Shown here piece by piece: positions 58,062 through 64,000 of a DNA stretch of 64,000 nucleotides. This DNA is from an uncultured bacterium (GTDB lineage Bacteria; Hinthialibacterota; Hinthialibacteria; Hinthialibacterales; JAKPRU01). The translations under genes were made by a program, and so were the position numbers. The first letter of the stretch is position 1, and every line of letters begins with the position of its first letter. The stretch is from contig CAZTDD010000015.1 of assembly GCA_964612675.1 (NCBI GenBank), positions 6,300 to 70,299 of the forward strand. Reading direction: 5' to 3'. The notes beneath the pieces are model-generated. The model had not been told where the DNA came from. It saw only the letters and a list, made by a program, of their open reading frames with translations, and searched no databases.

Positions 58062-58095
58062 AAAAATATCCCCGATTCAAATAAATCGGGGATAT
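58062..58095 (-). terminator. rho-independent terminator downstream of the tlpA-like gene
   Basis: Perfect 11-12-bp stem atatccccgat(t) (58066-58077) pairing with atcggggatat (58085-58095) around an 8-nt loop. On the minus strand it is followed by UUUU (plus-strand aaaa at 58062-58065). Confidence 0.6.
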
Positions 58096-58125
58096 TTCTG
58101 AAAGTAGCTTAACCGACGAAGCAGC

Positions 58126-58710
58126 CTATTCAGTCTCTATAAAATCGTCGGGCGAGTCATGTCCGGGAAGCATAATCGGTTCTTTGTCAGTGACGGAATC
58201 GATATGCTTCGGGATCAGTTCTTTCAGCCGTTCGCCGCGCGCCTGTGTGTCAATAATCTTCCCGTCGGGGCCGAGAAGAATCATCGTCGGAATGTATCGA
58301 ACGCCATATTCCTTCGAAAACTTGCTCTTGTACTGTGCCCCGTCAAGCACCTGCCTCCACGGCATATTATGCTTCTTCGCGAATTCCGTTACCGTCTCCC
58401 CTTCCTTATCAAGCGCAACTCCAATCACTTCAAACCCTTGCTTGTGATATTTCTTGTGAAGAGCCTTAATAACGGGAATTTCCTCACGACACGGCGGGCA
58501 CCAGGTCGCCCAGAAATCCAGCAAAACCAGCTTTCCTTTGTACTGGTCCAGCGTCAGTTTCTTTCCTTCCGTATCCTCCGCTGAAATCGGCTTGGCCTTC
58601 TCGCCCTTGTCTACGTTGAAACCAAGAGCGTCTTGCCCAAGAAACAGAACGGAAAGCAGGAAAGCCAGTGAGATAATCTCTATATACCTAACCAAACTGA
58701 ATTTACGCAT
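58126..58710 (-). CDS. TlpA/ResA-like thiol:disulfide oxidoreductase (thioredoxin fold, secreted or membrane-anchored)
   Basis: Signal/anchor MRKFSLVRYIEIISLAFLLSVLFL. Active site FWATWCPPCREE (CxxC). Confidence 0.85.
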   Translation of the reverse strand: MRKFSLVRYIEIISLAFLLSVLFLGQDALGFNVDKGEKAKPISAEDTEGKKLTLDQYKGKLVLLDFWATWCPPCREEIPVIKALHKKYHKQGFEVIGVALDKEGETVTEFAKKHNMPWRQVLDGAQYKSKFSKEYGVRYIPTMILLGPDGKIIDTQARGERLKELIPKHIDSVTDKEPIMLPGHDSPDDFIETE

Positions 58711-58902
58711 TGGATACCTCCTAACGAATGATCCGTATCTTGATTGATTTAAAGTTTACTCATTTGGTACATTATAACAAGTCTCCTCTGCTGTTTCTTA
58801 TGCGTCGGTCGTTAGAAGACACACGACTGGAGAACGGAAGCACTTGTTCGTCACCTGCCTGACATTGCCTTCTGTCTCAAAACGGGATACCGTGCCGCTG
58901 GC

Positions 58903-59415
58903 ATGAACGAAACAGAGCGGATACTCGGAATCGACCCAGGGGTCCAAGCCGTCGGATATGGGATTGTCGACGCGTGTGGACGCGACGCCAAACTTGTCGA
59001 ATACGGAACGATTTACACAGACGCCGGAGACACATTTTCCAACAGACTGCTGCATATCTACTCGACGCTTGAGGATATCATTGAGAAACACGGTCCCCAG
59101 CAAGCAGCGTTTGAGAAACTTGTCTACCATCGAAATGTCTCCATCGCCCTGAAGTTGGGGCAGGCGAGAGGAGTCGCGATACTGGCGACGGCACGGGCCG
59201 GTCTACCGGCCGAGGAATTCAGTCCGACGGAAATCAAGAACGCTGTTGTCGGAAAAGGCCGCGCGGACAAAGAACAGGTGCAGAAGATGGTCCAGCTGTT
59301 GCTCGGACTGCCGGAACCTCCCGACACGGAACACGCGGGGGACGCACTCGCGGTCGCGTTGACCTATATCCATTCCCGGCAAATGAAACAACTGATGAAA
59401 AGAGAACGCCGATGA
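58903..59415 (+). CDS. ruvC: crossover junction endodeoxyribonuclease RuvC
   Basis: ILGIDPG (catalytic Asp), AFEKLVYHRNVSIALKLGQARG and the C-terminal HAGDALAVAL motif. Confidence 0.95.
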   Translation: MNETERILGIDPGVQAVGYGIVDACGRDAKLVEYGTIYTDAGDTFSNRLLHIYSTLEDIIEKHGPQQAAFEKLVYHRNVSIALKLGQARGVAILATARAGLPAEEFSPTEIKNAVVGKGRADKEQVQKMVQLLLGLPEPPDTEHAGDALAVALTYIHSRQMKQLMKRERR

Positions 59416-60023
59416 TCGCCTTCCTGAAAGGGATACTGCGAGAGAAACGCGAGGATCGCGCCGTAATCGAGGTCAGTGGCGTGGGGTTCGAGGTGACGAT
59501 CCCTGTTTCCACGTATAGCCAACTGCCGGCTACCGGCGAATCCGTGATGCTGTATACCGTGTTCGTTCTGCGAGAGGACGAATGCAGGCTGTTTGGATTT
59601 TCGGCACCGGAAGACCGCGAATTATTCAACATACTGGTTCGCGTACCGGGCATCGGCTTGAAAATGGCCGTGGATATTCTCTCCACATTCACGCCGGAAC
59701 GGTTCGCCACAGCGGTAGGCGGTGGCGATCATGTAAGCCTGTGCCGTGTTCCAGGGATCGGCAAAAAGCGAGCGGAGCGATTGATTTTCGACCTCAAGAG
59801 CAACGAGGCGCTAATGGTCCTGAGGAAATCCATCGTGGTTCAGCCCGAACCGGAGACGACCGCACCGCCGGCGGCCAGTGTGACCGAGGAAGCGGTCGAA
59901 GCGCTGATCGCACTCGGCTGCAAACCCACAGTCGCTCACCAGGCGGTTAGCGAAGCGGGCAGGATTCTGGGAACCGACACCGGCGTGGAGGGGCTGATCA
60001 AAGAGGCGCTGAAACATCGCTGA
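59412..60023 (+). CDS. ruvA: Holliday junction branch-migration protein RuvA
   Basis: MIAFLKGIL...GVGFEV, helix-hairpin-helix LVRVPGIGLKMAVDIL, and a C-terminal RuvB-interacting domain. It overlaps ruvC by 4 nt. Confidence 0.9.
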   Translation: MIAFLKGILREKREDRAVIEVSGVGFEVTIPVSTYSQLPATGESVMLYTVFVLREDECRLFGFSAPEDRELFNILVRVPGIGLKMAVDILSTFTPERFATAVGGGDHVSLCRVPGIGKKRAERLIFDLKSNEALMVLRKSIVVQPEPETTAPPAASVTEEAVEALIALGCKPTVAHQAVSEAGRILGTDTGVEGLIKEALKHR

Positions 60024-60041
60024 GACACTACCGAATCCCTC

Positions 60042-60950
60042 TCACGACGAACAACTGACAACCCGGTTACCGCCTTTCGAAGAGGCACTCTCGGTCCGCT
60101 CGACAAGTTCATGTAGCAGTGTATCGCTTTTGAGCGGCGGCTCGCCCGGAAATGTAATCACACCGATGCTGACTGTGATACAGTCCTCCGGTCCGAAACC
60201 GGTGAACGAGTGTTTCTCGATTTTCTGCCGGAATCCATCCGCCCATTTTTCAGCCTCTTCGTTACCCGCATCGGGCAGAAGAACAGCCAACTGTCCCGCG
60301 CTGAATCGCACGGCGAGACCCGACTCGGAAAGCGATTCACGCAGTAGGCCGGAGATTTCCAACACAACGATATCGGCCCACATGTGTCCGCGCTCTTTGT
60401 TGATAACATCGAATTGGTCGAGATGGATAAGACAACAAGAGAACGGGCGGTCTTTCGTCGCACGGGCGGTCTCCGCTTCCAGCCGCAGCTCCAGAGTTGG
60501 GAACAAATAAAGTTTCGTCAGATCGTCCACATGTTCCTTGACATAAAACAGCGCTCCCAACCGCTTCAACTCATCGATCCGTCCCTTGATTCGCAGCTGC
60601 GCATGAACCCGCGAAACAAGCCGCCGGTCTTCGACATCGCGAGGGAGAACATCATGAGCACCGGTATGAAAATACGTATCTTCATAGTGAAGGTCGTCGG
60701 TGAGAATGATGACAGCTGCATCCTCCGTAGCCGGAGAAGATTTGAGCGCCTGGCACAATTCGTCAATGAGCTTGGTATTTCTGCCGTCCTCAAAGACCAC
60801 TACATCAGGCCATTGATCCTGCAACAGCGAATAGGATTCCGGAGTATTGGGCGAACAGACCACCTCTGAACCGCCGGCCCGAAGCGCGCCGACAACAGAC
60901 TGAAACCGCTCGGGATTCGCGGTCAGGAAATGGACAGACTGTCTACTCAT
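60042..60950 (-). CDS. receiver-like domain fused to a degenerate GGDEF domain (likely non-catalytic c-di-GMP-pathway protein)
   Basis: The N-terminal roughly 120 aa are CheY-like (DVVVFEDG, IILTDD). The C-terminal roughly 170 aa are GGDEF-like, but the GG[DE]EF position reads RFSAGQ. GGAGG RBS 6 nt upstream. Confidence 0.6.
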   Translation of the reverse strand: MSRQSVHFLTANPERFQSVVGALRAGGSEVVCSPNTPESYSLLQDQWPDVVVFEDGRNTKLIDELCQALKSSPATEDAAVIILTDDLHYEDTYFHTGAHDVLPRDVEDRRLVSRVHAQLRIKGRIDELKRLGALFYVKEHVDDLTKLYLFPTLELRLEAETARATKDRPFSCCLIHLDQFDVINKERGHMWADIVVLEISGLLRESLSESGLAVRFSAGQLAVLLPDAGNEEAEKWADGFRQKIEKHSFTGFGPEDCITVSIGVITFPGEPPLKSDTLLHELVERTESASSKGGNRVVSCSS

Positions 60951-60995
60951 TGTGGACCTCCAGCCGTAAATCTAGGAGATAGTGTTGCTTAGCGA

Positions 60996-61982
60996 TTATG
61001 AGAAGTGATCGAAGCCAGGCGTCGTTGTGTCAGGCAATCCGTCCACAACGAGATCGCCGGCGGTTGCGCGTATTTCGCCGATCTCGGACAAGGATAACCC
61101 GATATCCCCAGCCACCGAAAGAGCTCTCTCCCGATCTGCAGGAGCGAGCGTCAGAAGCAGTTCGTAGTCCTCCCCGCCCTCCCATGCCAACTCCGAAGAA
61201 TGGTCTTTCGAGAAATCACGCAACGCCTTACTCAGAGGGAGATCCCGGGCACGGATCAAGGCCCCGGTTTGTGAGCGTTCACAGATGGTTCGGACCGTTC
61301 TAGCCAACCCGTCGCTGATGTCCGACATTGCCGTCGGAATAACGTCTGCCGATAGAAGAGAACCGATTTCAGCGACACGGGGAACCGGACGGAAAAAACG
61401 ATTCAAAAGAAAACGTTCGGTCTCAGATGCGGATGAAGTCCTCCCGTCCTGTACAACCCTTAGCCCGGCGAGTGCGTCCCCTAGTGTCCCGGTGACATAG
61501 AGGCCGTCTCCGGGACGTGCCATATGATTAGGAACAATCGAATCGGCTAGGGGAGCCCCCCATACAAACACGTCAACGAAGAAAATAGGAGAGCGAACAG
61601 TGTCTCCCCCCAAAATGGGGCAGCTCCAGGGTTGATCCAGGGATACCCACGTCTCGTACATCGTCAAGATCCATTCGGCTTCCAAAGTACCCGGAAGCCC
61701 AAGCGTGATCAGCGCGCCGGCAGGTTTGGCTCCTTTGGCCGCCAAGTCGCTGACCGCTCCAGCGAGCGATTTCCAGGCGAGATCTTCGGGAGCCATCCAA
61801 TTGCGGTCGAAATGAGAGCCCTCCACCATTGCGTCCGACGAAAAGACTGTAGAATGGGAATGGGAAGGGACGGCGATGCAATCGTCGCCGAACGGAAGGA
61901 GCACTTCGACAGACTGCCGTCGCAGGATCGTGTTGATCTTGGCCAGCAATCCAAACTCTCCGATGTCTGAAACAGTAGTCAT
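60996..61982 (-). CDS. thiL: thiamine-monophosphate kinase
   Basis: AIR-synthase-related fold: GEFGLLAKI, FGDDCIAV, DAMVEGSHF, LAGAVSDLAAKGAKP. 328 aa. Confidence 0.8.
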   Translation of the reverse strand: MTTVSDIGEFGLLAKINTILRRQSVEVLLPFGDDCIAVPSHSHSTVFSSDAMVEGSHFDRNWMAPEDLAWKSLAGAVSDLAAKGAKPAGALITLGLPGTLEAEWILTMYETWVSLDQPWSCPILGGDTVRSPIFFVDVFVWGAPLADSIVPNHMARPGDGLYVTGTLGDALAGLRVVQDGRTSSASETERFLLNRFFRPVPRVAEIGSLLSADVIPTAMSDISDGLARTVRTICERSQTGALIRARDLPLSKALRDFSKDHSSELAWEGGEDYELLLTLAPADRERALSVAGDIGLSLSEIGEIRATAGDLVVDGLPDTTTPGFDHFS

Positions 61983-62151
61983 GAAGACCGCGTCCCGGGG
62001 TCAAGAAGCGACATGCCTTGACCGACTCAAAAGCTTTGAGAGAATAGACTTCTTCGTTGCGGATTCTATGCGTACTCTATACAAGTGTATTGTATACCAA
62101 ACCACCCGAGAGCATAAAGCACGGGGATAGAAAGGATTCTGGAGGAAATCC

Positions 62152-63159
62152 ATGGCTACAAAAATAGCAATCAATGGCTTCGGACGTATCGGCCGGTTGG
62201 TGGCGCGAGCCGCCTTGGAGCAAGGAAATACCGGTCTGGAACTGGTGGCGGTCAACGATTTGACCGATGCCAAAACACTCGCTCATCTGTTCAAGTATGA
62301 CACGGTCCACGGAATTTGGACGGAGGACGTGGCGGCGGCAAGCGATGGCCTGAAGATAGGATCGAAGACAATTAAAGTGTTTTCGGAGAAAGAACCCGCC
62401 AAGCTGCCCTGGAAAGACCTGGGTGTCGATATTGTCATCGAATCGACCGGCCGTTTTCGCGACAAAGATACCGCGGGCGGACACATTCAGGCTGGTGCAA
62501 AAAAAGTCATCATCAGCGCGCCCGGGAAAGAAGTAGACGCGACCTTCGTAATGGGCGTCAATGATGGCGACTACGATCCGGCAAACCACAATGTGGTTTC
62601 AAACGCTTCCTGCACGACAAACTGCTTGGCTCCGGTGGTCAAAGTGCTTCAGCAGTACGACATTCAATGCGGTCTGATGACCACCATCCACTCGTACACA
62701 AACGATCAACCCGTATTGGACTTCGTTCACAAAGACCTTCGACGTGCACGCGCCGCGGCTCTTTCGATGATTCCGACCAAAACAGGCGCTGCCGCTGCAA
62801 TCGGTCTGGTAATCCCCGAGATGAAAGGGAAAATGGACGGATTTGCGATTCGCGTCCCGACCCCGAACGTTTCCGTTGTCGACCTCAGCCTTATCGTCGG
62901 CAAAGAAACCAGCCCGGACCAGATCAACAGCGCGATGAAGTCCGCTGCCAATGGTGAACTCAAGGGTATTCTGGGCGTATCGGAAGAACCCCTGGTTTCC
63001 AGCGACTTTAACCACAATCCGCTGTCCTCGATCTTCGATGCCGAGTACACTCGAGTCGGCGAAGGCAAACTGGTTAAGGTCCTCTCGTGGTACGACAACG
63101 AGTGGGGCTACTCGAACCGCTGTATCGACCTGGCAAAACTGATGGCTTCCAAAGGCTGA
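62152..63159 (+). CDS. gap: glyceraldehyde-3-phosphate dehydrogenase
   Basis: [12 protein letters not shown]-binding motif and active site [10 protein letters not shown]. 335 aa. Confidence 0.95.
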   Translation: MATKIAINGFGRIGRLVARAALEQGNTGLELVAVNDLTDAKTLAHLFKYDTVHGIWTEDVAAASDGLKIGSKTIKVFSEKEPAKLPWKDLGVDIVIESTGRFRDKDTAGGHIQAGAKKVIISAPGKEVDATFVMGVNDGDYDPANHNVVSNASCTTNCLAPVVKVLQQYDIQCGLMTTIHSYTNDQPVLDFVHKDLRRARAAALSMIPTKTGAAAAIGLVIPEMKGKMDGFAIRVPTPNVSVVDLSLIVGKETSPDQINSAMKSAANGELKGILGVSEEPLVSSDFNHNPLSSIFDAEYTRVGEGKLVKVLSWYDNEWGYSNRCIDLAKLMASKG

Positions 63160-63177
63160 TCGGAGGGAACGATCCCA

Positions 63178-64000
63178 ATGGAGAAAAAAACCGTTCGAGA
63201 CATCGATCCGAAGGGAAAACGAGTATTGATGCGGGCGGATTTCAACGTGCCGCTCGACGATAACGGGAAGATTACGGACGACACACGAATCGTCTCCACA
63301 TTGCCGACGATTAAGGACATCTTGGGGCGCGGGGGACGTCTGGTTCTCTGCAGCCACCTTGGACGCCCCAAAGGTGCCCCGGATCCCAAGTTTTCGCTCG
63401 CTCCGGTAGCTCAACGTCTTTCGGAGCTCTTGGGGCAGGATGTCCAAATGCTTCCAGACTGCGTCGGCGGCGAAGTCAAAGACGCCGTCATGAAACTCCA
63501 GGACGGTCAGGTGTGTCTTCTGGAGAACGTGCGGTTCCATCCGGGTGAAACGAAGAACGATCCCGAGCAATCGAAAAAACTCGCTGAACTCGGGGAAATC
63601 TTTGTCAACGATGCGTTCGGCTCTGCACACCGTGCCCAATGCTCGGTCAGCGGTGTCACAGATTATATCGACACTTGCGTGGCGGGATTCCTGCTCGAAA
63701 AAGAGATTCAGTTTCTCGTTCAGGCGATAGAGAATCCCGAACGTCCGTTTTTGGCGATCCTCGGGGGCGCAAAAATCAGCGGGAAAATCGACGTGATCGA
63801 GAACCTGCTGACCAAGGTGGATGCGATCCTGATCGGCGGCGCAATGGCCTACACGCTCCTCAAAGCGAAAGGCGTCGAGGTTGGCAAATCCCTGGTCGAA
63901 GAAGAACGGATCGACATGGCGCGAGAAACATTGAAGAAGGTCGAAGAAAAAGGCCTTCCGTTCCTCGTACCTGCAGATCACCTCGTCGCTCCGGAGGTCA
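63178..64000 (+). CDS. pgk: phosphoglycerate kinase (3-prime truncated by window end)
   Basis: [19 protein letters not shown] and [10 protein letters not shown] are PGK N-domain signatures. GGAGGG RBS upstream. The ORF is not in the six-frame list because the window ends before its stop codon. Confidence 0.9.
   Translation, partial: MEKKTVRDIDPKGKRVLMRADFNVPLDDNGKITDDTRIVSTLPTIKDILGRGGRLVLCSHLGRPKGAPDPKFSLAPVAQRLSELLGQDVQMLPDCVGGEVKDAVMKLQDGQVCLLENVRFHPGETKNDPEQSKKLAELGEIFVNDAFGSAHRAQCSVSGVTDYIDTCVAGFLLEKEIQFLVQAIENPERPFLAILGGAKISGKIDVIENLLTKVDAILIGGAMAYTLLKAKGVEVGKSLVEEERIDMARETLKKVEEKGLPFLVPADHLVAPEV

Noticed and set aside
62599-63981. 460-aa ORF on the minus strand
   Set aside because: It is entirely antisense to the strongly supported gap and pgk genes. 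It has Cys/Arg/His-rich low-complexity composition with no motif, and is a typical GC-rich antisense artefact.

Overview
This 64 kb window is a GC-rich chromosomal segment with about 50 protein-coding genes on both strands. I found no rRNA, tRNA, CRISPR array, transposase, integrase or phage gene. The likely source is a PVC-superphylum (Planctomycetota-like) bacterium. The evidence is three paralogous prepilin-type N-terminal-methylation (DUF1559) genes, several TAT-signal Gfo/Idh/MocA (GH109-like) oxidoreductases, a CxPxR sulfatase and many secreted carbohydrate-binding proteins. The content falls into five blocks. (1) A glycan-foraging block at 600-29700: PfkB sugar kinase, CBM9-like protein, NagA, clan GH-A hydrolase, beta-helix protein, two Gfo/Idh/MocA, transglutaminase-like protein, DUF1593-like protein, tandem LamG protein and sulfatase, plus a PAS/GAF sigma-54 activator. 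(2) A putative sugar-uptake and nucleotide-sugar salvage locus at 30012-36647. It has a GalU-type pyrophosphorylase translationally overlapping a roughly 1119-aa GHMP-kinase-like / UDPGP-type pyrophosphorylase fusion. These are divergent from an SSS symporter with a coupled small membrane protein, with a 27-bp perfect palindrome in the shared promoter. (3) A hypothetical protein with a Nudix-like box followed by tandem GT4 glycosyltransferases. (4) Housekeeping and accessory genes: nicotinamidase-like hydrolase, diheme cytochrome c, hisD, hisB, a RelE/ParE-AbrB toxin-antitoxin pair, phosphomannomutase, a PRMT-like methyltransferase, feoB with a DtxR-FeoA fusion regulator, GT2, beta-carbonic anhydrase, an orphan TRAP binding protein, a Wzt-like ABC ATPase, argH, tlpA-like redoxin, ruvC, ruvA, a degenerate GGDEF protein, thiL, gap and partial pgk. 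(5) At least six families of short palindromic, hairpin-forming interspersed repeats (REP/BIME-like) arranged in mosaic clusters in intergenic regions. These clusters produce many spurious ORFs in the six-frame track. All functional calls rest on motif recognition by eye. No database search or structure prediction was possible.
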